Source: Cenarchaeum sp.
Lineage (GTDB): Archaea > Thermoproteota > Nitrososphaeria > Nitrososphaerales > Nitrosopumilaceae
Direction: 5' to 3'
NCBI GenBank assembly: GCA_963692915.1
Contig: OY843584.1
Coordinates: 160,001-224,000 of the forward strand
Length of the DNA: 64,000 nt
Numbering within the stretch: the stretch's first letter is position 1; each line of letters opens with the position of its first letter. A program made the position numbers and the translations under genes. Positions 19,979 to 30,285 of the stretch are shown here, piece after piece. The notes beneath the pieces were generated by a model. That model had not been told where the DNA came from. It saw nothing but the letters and a program-made list of their open reading frames with translations, and searched no databases.

Positions 19979-20524
19979 ATGGACCTTGGGCTTCTGAGGG
20001 CATCGCTCTCGACGCGCATTGGCGCTGATGTCGCATCCGGCAACCGCGCCCCCTCGGCGGTCCTCCTCACGTTTCACGGTCCGGGCGAGCCGTCTGTCAT
20101 CATGACTGTAAAGCCGCGGCACATGAGGCAGCACGCCGGCGAGGTCGCCTTTCCGGGCGGCAAGCGCGAGGAGGGCGACGCTGACCTCCTCGAGACTGCC
20201 CTGCGCGAGGCCCGCGAGGAGCTCGGCCTGGAGATCGGCAGGGACGAGATCATCGGCCAGATGGGTGCCGTCGAGACGCAGAGCACGGGATACGTCATTG
20301 CGCCCTTTGTCCACATCCTGGAGGACGCGCCAAGCCTTCACCCCAACGCCGAAGTCGACGAGGTCCTGCGCATTCCGCTCGGGCCGTTCCTGGCCACGCT
20401 CAGGACGTCAGGCCAGATGGGCCCCACGCTGACTCATGGACGCCACACGGTCTGGGGGGCGTCTGCGAGAATCCTCGCCGAGGTCTCCGACAGGCTGCGC
20501 CTCGCCGGCGGGAGCTTGGTTTAA
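19979..20524 (+). CDS. Nudix CoA pyrophosphatase
   Basis: HAGEVAFPGG...ETALREAREELG Nudix box, WGASA. Confidence 0.88.
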   Translation: MDLGLLRASLSTRIGADVASGNRAPSAVLLTFHGPGEPSVIMTVKPRHMRQHAGEVAFPGGKREEGDADLLETALREAREELGLEIGRDEIIGQMGAVETQSTGYVIAPFVHILEDAPSLHPNAEVDEVLRIPLGPFLATLRTSGQMGPTLTHGRHTVWGASARILAEVSDRLRLAGGSLV

Positions 20525-20552
20525 AAAGAGCCACAGCCGAGCCGCCGCCCTG

Positions 20553-20711
20553 ATGGCAGCGCGCAAGAGCTCGGCTCGCAAGATCCGCCTTATCAGAAAG
20601 GCAAAGCAGACATCACCCGTGCCCGCATGGGTGATACTGCGCACAAAGCGCGGGGTTCGAACAAACCCAAAGCGCCGCGCCTGGCGCCAGACGGACGTGG
20701 ATGTGGGCTAG
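20553..20711 (+). CDS. rpl39e: 50S ribosomal protein L39e
   Basis: PVPAWVILRT...NPKRRAWR. Confidence 0.92.
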   Translation: MAARKSSARKIRLIRKAKQTSPVPAWVILRTKRGVRTNPKRRAWRQTDVDVG

Positions 20712-20712
20712 G

Positions 20713-21291
20713 TTGGCCGACGATTCCGAGCGCGTCTACACGATACCATTGGGCAAGGTTCTCCTCTCGCCGGACAACCGCCGCGCGATGCGCGCAATCA
20801 ACATGATCCGCGAGTTTGCGCGCCGCCACATGAAGGTCCAGGAGATAAAGATAGACCAGTCGCTCTCGCATGAGATATGGGCCCGCGGGATAAAGAGCCC
20901 GCCTCGAAAGGTTCGCGTGCGCATGTCAAAGACCGAGGAGGGTCATGTCCTCGTCTCGCCGTACTCGCTTGGTGCCGGTCCGGATGACGGGGCAGGGGGC
21001 AAGGACGAAGCTGCGCCAAAGGACGAGAGTCCGGCCGTGGAGGATGCGCCCGGCGATGACGGCGCGCCAGATGCTGATACTGCAGATGCTGCTGACGTTG
21101 CAGTGGAGCCAAAGGGCGATGATGCCAAACCCGCCGATGCTCCTGATGTCGCAGCCGGGCCAAAGGGCGATGATGCCAAACCCGCCGATGCTCCTGCCGC
21201 CAAGCCAAAGGCTGCCGGTGGCAGCGCAAAGCCCGGTGCGGCCAAAAAGGCAAAGTCTTCAGCACCAGCTACAAAGAAAAAGTCAAAGTAA
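20713..21291 (+). CDS. rpl31e: 50S ribosomal protein L31e with acidic/Lys-rich low-complexity extension
   Basis: ERVYTIPL, IWARGIKSPPRKVRV. Confidence 0.92.
   Translation: MADDSERVYTIPLGKVLLSPDNRRAMRAINMIREFARRHMKVQEIKIDQSLSHEIWARGIKSPPRKVRVRMSKTEEGHVLVSPYSLGAGPDDGAGGKDEAAPKDESPAVEDAPGDDGAPDADTADAADVAVEPKGDDAKPADAPDVAAGPKGDDAKPADAPAAKPKAAGGSAKPGAAKKAKSSAPATKKKSK
21108..21196 (+). repeat. In-frame 38-bp direct repeat, 51-bp period (PKGDDAKPADAP x2)
   Basis: GCCAAAGGGCGATGATGCCAAACCCGCCGATGCTCCTG at 21108 and 21159. Confidence 0.9.
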
Positions 21292-21324
21292 CACTTGCAC
21301 GGCCTTGATGGCCGTGTGAAAGTC

Positions 21325-22263
21325 CTAGCGCTCTATCTGATCAACGTCGAGGCTGCACGGAACGCTAGACTCGGCCTCGTCCCAGTCAAGCGTCATGTCT
21401 GACGGTATTGCGCCGAGTGGATCATATGCGTCAAACTTTGATGCGCCGCGCAGCTCCGAGACTACGACTATGCCCTCCTCGCCCGTGCCAGTCGGCATGG
21501 CAGTGGCCTCGCCGCCTGTCATGCCCGAGACTGCCTCCACTGTCTCGGCGATTGCGCCAACGGGCACGTCATCGCCGGTGACGTGAATGAGCGAGCCGCC
21601 GATCGTGCCGTTCGCGGCCCCCTCGTGGATCATCTTTATGGCCTCGCGCAGCGACTCCTCGAGGGTGGCGCCCGCACTTGATGCGGCGACCATGCTGTCG
21701 CCGCCAGGGACGCTGCCCGCGCCGATCGAGCCGACGACGTGCATGATTGCCGCATTTGCCATCTCTATGCAACTGCGCGCGCCCAGGTTTGGGTTGCCCT
21801 CGAGCATTGCGTCATTGTCGACGATGATCGAGCAGTCGCTCGCCTCACGCAGCCTCTTTAGGGCGATTCCGGCGCCGAATATGCGATCTTGTTCATAGCC
21901 AAAAGGCATTATCGCAACCGAGATGACGCGCTTGCCGGCACTGGCCGCCGCTGCGGCCACCATGGGTGCGATTCCGGCCCCGGAGCGGCCCGCAAGGCCT
22001 GCCATTATGATTACTGTCCGGGCGTCCCCTGCGGCCTCTAGGACGCGCTCGGCCTCCCTGCGCGCTGCGGCGCGTATGACGTGGACCGTGGGATTGATGA
22101 CCGGTGCCGTGGAGACCTCTATGGAGGCCTCGCCGTGGAGGTCAGAGGCGACGTTGCTCACGAGAACGTGCCTGGCGCCTAGCCTCGAGGCGGCCTCCGG
22201 CGCTAGCCTCGAGCCTGCGCCGCCTGCCCCGACGATCATGATCGGTTCCAATACTGTGGTCAC
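21325..22263 (-). CDS. ftsZ: Divergent thaumarchaeal FtsZ/tubulin-family protein
   Basis: VGAGGAG, GLAGRSGAGIAP, MPFGYE, VDND. Confidence 0.75.
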   Translation of the reverse strand: MTTVLEPIMIVGAGGAGSRLAPEAASRLGARHVLVSNVASDLHGEASIEVSTAPVINPTVHVIRAAARREAERVLEAAGDARTVIIMAGLAGRSGAGIAPMVAAAAASAGKRVISVAIMPFGYEQDRIFGAGIALKRLREASDCSIIVDNDAMLEGNPNLGARSCIEMANAAIMHVVGSIGAGSVPGGDSMVAASSAGATLEESLREAIKMIHEGAANGTIGGSLIHVTGDDVPVGAIAETVEAVSGMTGGEATAMPTGTGEEGIVVVSELRGASKFDAYDPLGAIPSDMTLDWDEAESSVPCSLDVDQIER

Positions 22264-22337
22264 TGCATAGGGGGCTGCGCGGTTTGGATAAAAAAGCTTC
22301 CCGTGTAGCCTTAATCATACCTGCGATCTAAAGTTTT

Positions 22338-23612
22338 TTAGCTCATCGCCACGGCCAAGAGGCAGTGCGGCGTGGTGCCTGTCACCTCGGCCTCCAGGGT
22401 CTCGCCAGCCCGCGTGCTGCCGCACCCAGAGACGTCAAGCTGCCTGTATGCCCCGTTGCGGCCCACCATGCCCCGCTCGCCCCTGCCGGTGAGCCTGACC
22501 GGCCCCCTCCAGCCGACCCACGACTCGCCGGCCTCGCGCGCGAGCCTTGTGGCGAGGCCGTGTATCTCCCTGCTGCGCCGCTTGATGGCCCGCTCGTCGA
22601 CGCGCTCGAGGATGGCAGCCTCGGTGCCAGGCCTGGAGCTGTACCTTGAGAGGTTTACAATGTCGGGCCGCGTCTCCTCGAGGAGGCGCACGGTCTGCGC
22701 ATGGTCATCGTCAGTCTCGCCGGGATAGCCGACGATGATGTCAGTGGCCACGGTAAACCTCCCAAAGCGCCGCCTCATCACGTCGCACGCGTGCGCAAAT
22801 GTCTGTGCCGTGTGCCCGCGCCTCATCGCGCCGAGAACGGTGTCGCTTCCGCTCTGGACCGGCATGTGGAGGAATCGGTATATGCGCGCGTCGTCCTCCA
22901 TGGCGTCTGCGATGCCATCAAGCGTGCGACCCGCGTACATTGGGTTCATCATGCCGACGCGCACGCCATAGTCGCCCTCGACGCCGCTCACCGCGCGCAA
23001 TAGCTCCGGCAGGCTAGAGTCGATGTCATGCCCATAGCACCCGTTGTCAGTCGACGTCAGCCATATCTCGCGACACCCGTCGCGCACGTCTGCGCGGACC
23101 TGCCTGACGATATCCCCGACGCGATAGCTCTGGAGGCCGCCCTTTGCGAGCTTTGTCTGGCAGAACGAGCACTCGCTCATGCACCCGCTTGCAATCTCGA
23201 CTATTCCCACCAGCGGATCCAGGCGCCGCCTTGGCAGGCCGACCTTTGTGTCCGTCCCGTCGAGCGCAACGCGTCGCTCGCCCTCAAGTGCTGCACTTAC
23301 AAGCTCGCCGGCGCGCGATATTGATCCCGGCCCCATCATGCCGGCCTGCGGCGCAATCTTGCGCACGGTCTCTGGCTCGGCCTTTGCCATGCATCCAGCA
23401 ATGACTAGCGGCCTCGAGGAGAGGCGTCGCATTCGGTGGATCATGCGATTCGCCGTGGCGTCCTTTACCGAGCACGTGACGATGACACTGGCGTCGGCAT
23501 CGCCCTCGCCGTCAGCTATCGTGTGGCCCTCTGAGCGCAGGACGCCGGCTATCATCTCCGAGTCTGCCCTGCTCGCCGAGCACCCATACTCCTCGATGTG
23601 AACCCTCGCCGT
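22338..23612 (-). CDS. Threonylcarbamoyladenosine tRNA methylthiotransferase (MtaB-type radical SAM); start uncertain
   Basis: YGCSAS, CSVK, CMSECSFC radical SAM motif, PVQSGS, C-terminal TRAM-like domain. Confidence 0.88.
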   Translation of the reverse strand, partial: TARVHIEEYGCSASRADSEMIAGVLRSEGHTIADGEGDADASVIVTCSVKDATANRMIHRMRRLSSRPLVIAGCMAKAEPETVRKIAPQAGMMGPGSISRAGELVSAALEGERRVALDGTDTKVGLPRRRLDPLVGIVEIASGCMSECSFCQTKLAKGGLQSYRVGDIVRQVRADVRDGCREIWLTSTDNGCYGHDIDSSLPELLRAVSGVEGDYGVRVGMMNPMYAGRTLDGIADAMEDDARIYRFLHMPVQSGSDTVLGAMRRGHTAQTFAHACDVMRRRFGRFTVATDIIVGYPGETDDDHAQTVRLLEETRPDIVNLSRYSSRPGTEAAILERVDERAIKRRSREIHGLATRLAREAGESWVGWRGPVRLTGRGERGMVGRNGAYRQLDVSGCGSTRAGETLEAEVTGTTPHCLLAVAMS

Positions 23613-23619
23613 GGCCGCC

Positions 23620-24981
23620 TCACCTGAGCAGCGCGTCCATCTCGGCGCTCGTCGCAATCTTGCCGTCCACTGCAAGCTGCCTGATCGTCTTGCCAGTGGC
23701 GAGTGACTCCTTGAAGAGGGCCGCTGCCCTCTGGTAGCCTATCTTTGGCGCGAGGAGCGTGACGATGACGGGGCTGCCCTCTATGCGCCCGCGCATCTTG
23801 GCCCTGTCGGCACCTAGGCCGTCGATGAGGTTTGCTGCAAACTTTGGCCCAAAGCCGGCGAGCATGTCTAGTGAGTCAAGCGTGCGGTCGATCATGACGG
23901 GAAGCATGACGTTGAGCTCAAACTGGCCCGCAGACGCCGCTGCGGCGACTGCGGCATCGTTGCCCGATATTGCAATGCAGACCATGTTCATGCACTCGGC
24001 GAGTGACGGGTTTACCTTTCCGGGCATTATCGACGAGCCCGCATGGACCGCCGGTATAGAGAGCTCTGCAATTCCGGCGACAGGACCTGACGCCATGAGC
24101 CTAATGTCATTTGACACCCTGCCAAGCTCTACGGCGAGGCCGCGCAGCGCGCCGGAGAGCGACGCGATGGCCTGCCTGCTCTGGAGGCCATACTGCATGT
24201 CCGGCTCGGGGCGCAGTTTTAGCTGCGACACGCGCGCAAGCTCGGCGACTGCGGCACGCCTGTAGCCGCGCGGAGTGTTTGCGCCCGTGCCGACTGCCGT
24301 TCCGCCAAGCGCGACTGCCTCTAGTGGCCTGGACGCCGCCGCTATCGAGTCGCGCGCAGACTTTATCGCAGTCGCGTACGCGCCAAACTCGGCGCCAAGC
24401 GTGACGGGAAGCGCGTCCATCAGGTGCGTGCGCCCGAGCTTTTTGTGTGATGCGAATGCCCTGGCCCTCTTGCGCAGTGATGAGACTATGGCGTCGATCG
24501 CCGGAAGCGTGAACCTTGTGGCGCCGAGTGCGGCCACGTGCATTGCCGTTGGAAACGTGTCATTGCTTGACTGTGACATGTTGACATGGTCGTTTGGGTG
24601 GAGGTGCCCGTACTCGCCGCGCCTCTTGCCGAGCTTTTCGAGGGCGACGTTTGCGATGACCTCGTTTGTGTTCATGTTGAGCGCCGTGCCGGCGCCCGAG
24701 TTTATCGCATCAACTGCAAAGTCCCCCATGTGCTCACCGCCGAGTATCGCGTCGCACGCCCTGGTTATCGCGCGGCCAGTGGACTTTGGGAGGGCTCCGA
24801 CGCGCATGTTGGCCACTGCTGCTGACCTCTTTGTCATCACGAACGCCCTGATGAGGCCGTCATGTGACCTCCTTCCGGTTACCGTATACTGGGCGATCGC
24901 CCTGGCCGTGAACGGCCCATAGTACGCCGAATATGGCACCTTTACGTAGCCGAGCGAGTCCGTGTCGGTTCGCGTCTTCAT
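23620..24981 (-). CDS. fumC: Class II fumarate hydratase / aspartate ammonia-lyase
   Basis: GSSIMPGKVNP, HPNDHVNMSQSSND. Confidence 0.88.
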   Translation of the reverse strand: MKTRTDTDSLGYVKVPYSAYYGPFTARAIAQYTVTGRRSHDGLIRAFVMTKRSAAVANMRVGALPKSTGRAITRACDAILGGEHMGDFAVDAINSGAGTALNMNTNEVIANVALEKLGKRRGEYGHLHPNDHVNMSQSSNDTFPTAMHVAALGATRFTLPAIDAIVSSLRKRARAFASHKKLGRTHLMDALPVTLGAEFGAYATAIKSARDSIAAASRPLEAVALGGTAVGTGANTPRGYRRAAVAELARVSQLKLRPEPDMQYGLQSRQAIASLSGALRGLAVELGRVSNDIRLMASGPVAGIAELSIPAVHAGSSIMPGKVNPSLAECMNMVCIAISGNDAAVAAAASAGQFELNVMLPVMIDRTLDSLDMLAGFGPKFAANLIDGLGADRAKMRGRIEGSPVIVTLLAPKIGYQRAAALFKESLATGKTIRQLAVDGKIATSAEMDALLR

Positions 24982-25303
24982 GCCGCACCGCTACCCCGTG
25001 TCCCGTTAATCACTCTTTGCGGCTCCGCGCCTCCCACCTGCGGCGTGTCAGATCGACCCGTGGGGATTATGGCCTGCAGTCGGCGCGCTAGGGTGCGGCG
25101 CGCAGGCTGTGCGCGACGGTGGCGTGCCGCCGTGCCGGTCTGTGCCGCGTGTGCCAGGATGAACGTCATGGCCAACTCTATGTCCAGTGAGCTTTCGAAC
25201 GGGTCGCCAGCGGCGCCTGCCTCGCCAGCCGTCCCCATGCGCGCCCACCTGACTGCCCAAAACCCTTGATCCCCTTATATATGGGCCAAATAGAGGCGTG
25301 GCA

Positions 25304-26686
25304 ATGAACACAAGACAACTACGCACGCTACTCCCCGTGGCCGCAGTCGCGGCAGTGGGGATGACGCTGCTAGGAAGCTCCTACACGCAGACACAGATAT
25401 CGGGCATGACGCTAGACACGTCGGCACTCGACATTGACGCCATACAGCAGATCCACGACATGGGTGGCCTCAGGCTAGTCATGCCGGAGGCATTCGCACA
25501 GATGGACTGTGGCAACCTTGACACATCAGGGCGCGACATAGTCAACCTAGACCTGATCGGCGAGAGCGTAATGCTGCCGATCATGGGTCACACCGCAGAG
25601 AACCCAAAGACATTCCATGCAATGACCTTTAACGGCCAGGTGCCAGCACCGACGCTGAGGGTCACGCAGGGCGATGTTGTGAGGATGACGCTGACGATTC
25701 CGGACGGTGAACATACGCCGCACGGCAACGACATGCACGCCTCACAGATATCGGCAACAAACTTCGATGCGGTAAACCCAGGCGAGTCAGCAACGTACTG
25801 CTACATAGCACACGTTCCAGGCGTCTTCAAGTACCACTGCTCGGGCGTTAACGTCGCGGCTATGGACCAGCACGTCCTCTCGGGCATGTATGGCATAGCC
25901 ATCGTCGACCCGCTCGACGGCTACAAGAGGCTCATGGTCGAAAAGACGGCAGTAGAGAACGGAGAGGTCGTAAAGGACAGGATGTTCTATCCGCCTGACG
26001 CACTCGAGTTCCAGCTGCAGTACAACCAGCTCTACCTGACTGACTCTGGCACATATGACAGCACGGCAATGTTCAAGCACCAAAACACGCAGACAGTCGT
26101 CAACGGAATGCAGTTCGGATACGTCCCCAACGAGACGCACAACACCCTAGTCAAAGATGATCCCAAAAAGAACATCTTTGTGGCACAGCCATGGAACTCC
26201 GAAGACCTCGCACAGTACCAGTCGCAGCTCCTCTTCGTGGAGACCGACCAGCATGTGAGATTCTTTGTGGAGAACCAGGGCAACGAGCCGGTGTTCTTCC
26301 ACATTGTCGGCGAGATCCTAGACAGGGTCACGCAGGGCAACAGAGTCCAGTCCGGACCTACCGAGACGTGGCTCCTTGGAGGATCGCAGAACATGATCGT
26401 CGACGTCGTCTTTGACGAACCGGGCGTATACGTCGCAGTCAACCATGACTATGCGGCGATATTCTCTGGTGCGGCGACGATCATAGTGGCCGGAGACCCC
26501 TTTGGCCTGGTCGAAAAGCACGACCTGCCAGATGCAGTGTCCAAGTCATACGCGTATGCGCTAGGAAACCCGAGTGACGCAGTCCCTCCGATGGGAGATC
26601 AGAGCATGGAGCACCCAATGGTGAACCTGCACGGCCTCTACACCGACGAGCGGGCCGCAGAGCTCAGCACACAGCTCGGCCTATAG
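25304..26686 (+). CDS. nirK: Copper-containing nitrite reductase, thaumarchaeal type
   Basis: TFNGQVPAP, HGNDMH, YHCSG..HVLSGM, FHIVGE, VNHDYA. Confidence 0.9.
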   Translation: MNTRQLRTLLPVAAVAAVGMTLLGSSYTQTQISGMTLDTSALDIDAIQQIHDMGGLRLVMPEAFAQMDCGNLDTSGRDIVNLDLIGESVMLPIMGHTAENPKTFHAMTFNGQVPAPTLRVTQGDVVRMTLTIPDGEHTPHGNDMHASQISATNFDAVNPGESATYCYIAHVPGVFKYHCSGVNVAAMDQHVLSGMYGIAIVDPLDGYKRLMVEKTAVENGEVVKDRMFYPPDALEFQLQYNQLYLTDSGTYDSTAMFKHQNTQTVVNGMQFGYVPNETHNTLVKDDPKKNIFVAQPWNSEDLAQYQSQLLFVETDQHVRFFVENQGNEPVFFHIVGEILDRVTQGNRVQSGPTETWLLGGSQNMIVDVVFDEPGVYVAVNHDYAAIFSGAATIIVAGDPFGLVEKHDLPDAVSKSYAYALGNPSDAVPPMGDQSMEHPMVNLHGLYTDERAAELSTQLGL

Positions 26687-26756
26687 CCAACAGCACACTA
26701 TCTTCATTTTTCATCTCCCAAATCGTTATAACCCGTGCGCACGCCCCTCGGCCACG

Positions 26757-27686
26757 TTGGCCGCAAACTCTGCACTGATATGCGACAAGGTTGACCCCAT
26801 ACTCAACAAGATACTCTCCGATAACGGGATTGAGGTAACCTACGAGCCTGAAATCACGCCTGAGGCACTCCTAGGCGCAGTATCTGAGTGCACGATAATC
26901 GTCGTGCGCAGCCGCACAAAGGTGACCTCTGAGGTGATCGAGCGCGCAAAGTCGTGCAAGATCGTCGCGCGCGTCGGCGTCGGCCTAGACAATATCGACA
27001 CCGAGGCGTGCAAGGCGCGCGACATACGCGTCCTCAACGCAGTCGAGGGCGCGATGAACGCCGTCGCCGAGCTCGTCCTGGCCCTCATGCTCTCGATGGC
27101 GCGCCAGATACCGCGCGCCGATGCTGCCCTGCGCGAGGGGCGCTGGCTCAAAAAGGAGCTCGTGGGCAGCGAGCTGCGCGGCAAGTACCTCGGGATCGTC
27201 GGCATGGGCAACATTGGCAAGCGCCTCGCGCGCCTCGCGCGCTCGCTAAACATGAACATAATCGGCTATGACGTCGTGCCCATCGACGCCGAGCTCTCGC
27301 GCGAGGTTGGGCTAATGAAGGCCGACCTTGACACGCTGTTCCAGAGCTCCGACTATGTCTCGCTCCACGTGCCCCTCCTCGACTCCACGAAAAACCTCGT
27401 CGATGCGCGACGCCTTGCGATGATGAAGCCGACTGCACGCCTCATCAACACGTCGCGTGGGGGAATCGTTGATGAGGATGCGCTATATGACGCAGTCTCC
27501 TCAGGCAAGCTTGCCGGCGCGGCCCTTGACGTCTTTGATGTAGAGCCGGCCACGTCTAGCCGGCTCAGGGAGCTCGAGCAGGTGGTCCTCACGCCGCACA
27601 TGGGCGCGCAGACGGCCGAGGCCCAGGGACTTGCGGCCAACGTCATTGGCGAAAAGATAGTGCAGGCAGTGCGCGGCGTCATCTAG
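26757..27686 (+). CDS. D-3-phosphoglycerate dehydrogenase-family D-2-hydroxyacid dehydrogenase
   Basis: RVGVGLDNID, GMGNIG, INTSRG, TPHMG. Confidence 0.88.
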   Translation: MAANSALICDKVDPILNKILSDNGIEVTYEPEITPEALLGAVSECTIIVVRSRTKVTSEVIERAKSCKIVARVGVGLDNIDTEACKARDIRVLNAVEGAMNAVAELVLALMLSMARQIPRADAALREGRWLKKELVGSELRGKYLGIVGMGNIGKRLARLARSLNMNIIGYDVVPIDAELSREVGLMKADLDTLFQSSDYVSLHVPLLDSTKNLVDARRLAMMKPTARLINTSRGGIVDEDALYDAVSSGKLAGAALDVFDVEPATSSRLRELEQVVLTPHMGAQTAEAQGLAANVIGEKIVQAVRGVI

Positions 27687-28443
27687 CGCGGCGCGCAATT
27701 CGCGCAGCGGCGGCCCCGCCGCCGATTCCATTGTCAATGTTCACCGTTGCGAGTCCCGGCGAGCAGCTCTGCAGCATGGATGCCAGCGCGGCGGCCCCGC
27801 GGCCGGCGTGGCCGTACCCGACTGACGTCGGGATGCCGATGACGGGTATGTCAACTAGCGAGGAGACGACTGTGGCGAGGGCTCCCTCCATTCCGGCCAC
27901 GACAATGATCGCCCCGACGTCGCCTTGAACCATTCGCTCCACTGCCGGAAACACCCTTCCGAGGGCCGCAATCCCGACGTCATACTCGGTTGCGCACTTG
28001 CAGTCCATGGCCTCGCACATGAGGCGGGCCTCCTCGGCGACGCCAATGTCTGACGTGCCGGCGGCCATTATGCCGACGCGCCCTAGTGTGCGCCGCCGGC
28101 GCCCCTTTTTGGCCAGCACGGCAGTCGAGCGGCGCGCAAGCGTGACGCTTGCGCCCAGTGACCTGAGGTGGGCAGCCAGCGCGCCCCTCTCCCTTGCGCG
28201 AACCCTCGAGACTAGCGCGACGCCCGAGCTCTTGAGGAGCCTTGATGCTATTGCCCTAGTCTCGGCTGCAGTCTTTGTCGAGGCTAGGACGACCTCGGGT
28301 GCGCCGGTTCGATCGCGCCTTGATGTGTCCACGCGCGCAAATCCGCCGACGCGCTCTATGGAGTTGAGCGAGATTAGCGTTCGCGCGCGCCGCGCGCCAA
28401 TGCGCCCTGACTGCAGCGACTCTAGTATCTCGTTGAGCTCCAT
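27679..28443 (-). CDS. larB: Nickel-pincer cofactor biosynthesis protein LarB
   Basis: AGTSD, DVGIA, AGMEGAL, PTSVGYG, VNIDNG. Confidence 0.9.
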   Translation of the reverse strand: MELNEILESLQSGRIGARRARTLISLNSIERVGGFARVDTSRRDRTGAPEVVLASTKTAAETRAIASRLLKSSGVALVSRVRARERGALAAHLRSLGASVTLARRSTAVLAKKGRRRRTLGRVGIMAAGTSDIGVAEEARLMCEAMDCKCATEYDVGIAALGRVFPAVERMVQGDVGAIIVVAGMEGALATVVSSLVDIPVIGIPTSVGYGHAGRGAAALASMLQSCSPGLATVNIDNGIGGGAAAARIARRAR

Positions 28444-28474
28444 CACGCGCATTCTGCTGTGTGCGGATAAATAC

Positions 28475-29383
28475 CTAGATGCCTGCTATGGCCGCCTTTA
28501 CGCTAGCTGCTGCCGCATCAAGGACACCGCGCTCGGCCTCGTTTAGGTCGAGCTCGACTATGCTCTCGACACCGTTGCGGCCTATGATGGCCGGCACGCC
28601 AAGCGCAATCCCAGAGTGGCCATACTCGCCCTCGAGGGGAGTAGAGACCGGTATGAGCTGCTTTTTGTCGCGCACGATCGACTCGATGAGCGCGGCTATG
28701 GCGTTTCCTGGGGCGTGAACAGTCGCGCCCTTTAGGGATATGACCTTGGCGGCGACCTTTTTTGTCGACTCTACAATCTCGTCTAGCTTTTCGCGCGGGA
28801 GCATGTCAGTCAGCGGTATTCCGGAGACTGAGGAATGGCGGACGAGGGGCAGCATGTTCACGCCGTGCTCGCCGATGACTAGTCCCCTTATCGAGTCGCG
28901 CGACTTGCCAGTTGCCCCGTGTATGAACTCCCTAAAGCGCGACAGGTCAAGCATCCCGCCCATGCCCACGATGCGGCTCCTCTCAAAGCCTGACTCCTTG
29001 TGGGCCACGTGAACCATGGGATCAAGCGGGTTTGTCACCGGTATTATGATCGAGTCTGGCGCGTGCCTTTTCGTCTCGGTCACGACGCTTGTGACGACCT
29101 TTGAGTTTATCTTTAGGAGGTCCATGCGCGTCATGCCGGGCTTGCGACCTGCGCCGGCCACGACGACCACAATGTCCGAACCGGCCATCTCGGCATAGTC
29201 GTTGGAGCCGCGGACATTGACGTCGATTCCCAGCTCGGCGAGTGCATGGCTCGTGTCCATCGCCTCGCCCTGCGGGAGGCCTTCTGCAATGTCGAGGAGG
29301 AGTATCTCGGTGTCTAGCCTGCGCAGCGCGCTAAAGAGGGCAGCGTCGCCGCCGACCTTGCCAGAGCCCACAATCGTGATCAT
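28475..29383 (-). CDS. mdh: Malate dehydrogenase (LDH-like)
   Basis: [24 protein letters not shown]. Confidence 0.93.
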   Translation of the reverse strand: MITIVGSGKVGGDAALFSALRRLDTEILLLDIAEGLPQGEAMDTSHALAELGIDVNVRGSNDYAEMAGSDIVVVVAGAGRKPGMTRMDLLKINSKVVTSVVTETKRHAPDSIIIPVTNPLDPMVHVAHKESGFERSRIVGMGGMLDLSRFREFIHGATGKSRDSIRGLVIGEHGVNMLPLVRHSSVSGIPLTDMLPREKLDEIVESTKKVAAKVISLKGATVHAPGNAIAALIESIVRDKKQLIPVSTPLEGEYGHSGIALGVPAIIGRNGVESIVELDLNEAERGVLDAAAASVKAAIAGI

Positions 29384-29433
29384 CTGTGCGCAGGGGCTCT
29401 GCGCTGCGTAATTAAACCTAGTGTGGTCTTTGG

Positions 29434-29527
29434 GTATGGAATCTGCACCCGTGTCTGCTCATGCTTGGGCAGGCACCGCAGCGGCAAGTGGATCGGCAGG
29501 CTCGGCGCCTATTTGAGCAGGCGGACA
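29434..29527 (-). repeat. Dispersed ~112-bp element, copy 2 (reverse orientation, one end truncated)
   Basis: Reverse complement TCCGCCTGCTCAAATAGGCGCCGAGCCTGCCGATCCACTTG...AAGCATGAGC aligns to copies 1 and 5; TIR-like GTATGGAATCTGCACC at 29434. Confidence 0.7.
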
Positions 29528-29531
29528 TTGC

Positions 29532-30131
29532 CTAGAGTGAGAATTCTCGATATTCTTGTGCCTGCGCGCTCCATGTTCCGAGCAGAGACCCCGCAATGTC
29601 ATCATACACCCTGGGCACGCGCTCTTGGTTGATTATGAACCAGTTGTGCGCCTCCTCGATCATCTCCTCGCGCGTGAGCGTCCTGCCCCCTGCGCGCATC
29701 TTGTCCTCAATATAGCACAGCGTCGAGGCGATCTCGAGCCACTCGACGTCATCGATGCGCTCGCGCGCGAGCTCAACAAACTCTTCTCTGCGGCTCCATT
29801 CCTGCGCGGGCTCTGAGTGCAGGTCCTTGAGCCCCCAGATGTCGACCTCGAACCCAAACGCGTGGGGGCTAGTCATGCTCCAGTCATAGACGTACCTCTC
29901 CAGGTTGGGGCAGTCGAGCCTATGCTTTGCAAAGTAGACGAGTATGTTCAGGGCCAGGGACACGGCGTTGCTCTTCCAGCTCTGATACATGTCGCACGGG
30001 ATGACGCCGGCGTCACAGAGGACATGAAGTATGGGAACCGGGGATCCGGGGACGATCATGCCCCCGTTGGGGAGCGACTCGGTCGGCACCATCCTGTGCC
30101 CCTCGGCATTGACGTATCCCTGATCCTGCAT
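29532..30131 (-). CDS. Hypothetical protein, divergent YwgA-like; paralog A
   Basis: Near-identical to 30873-31448; LALNILVYFA...YDW, WLEIASTLCY. Confidence 0.65.
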   Translation of the reverse strand: MQDQGYVNAEGHRMVPTESLPNGGMIVPGSPVPILHVLCDAGVIPCDMYQSWKSNAVSLALNILVYFAKHRLDCPNLERYVYDWSMTSPHAFGFEVDIWGLKDLHSEPAQEWSRREEFVELARERIDDVEWLEIASTLCYIEDKMRAGGRTLTREEMIEEAHNWFIINQERVPRVYDDIAGSLLGTWSAQAQEYREFSL

Positions 30132-30285
30132 CGGACAGGAAACGGCCACTGGAGCTTATAATCCTATCCTGAGATACCGCTTTAACCACGAATGTGCACG
30201 GGCAGCCGTCTCCCAAAGACTGACTACCTGATCGTGGAGTATTCGGGATTGGTCGCCATCTCTGCCACATGGCACAATATCTGGG

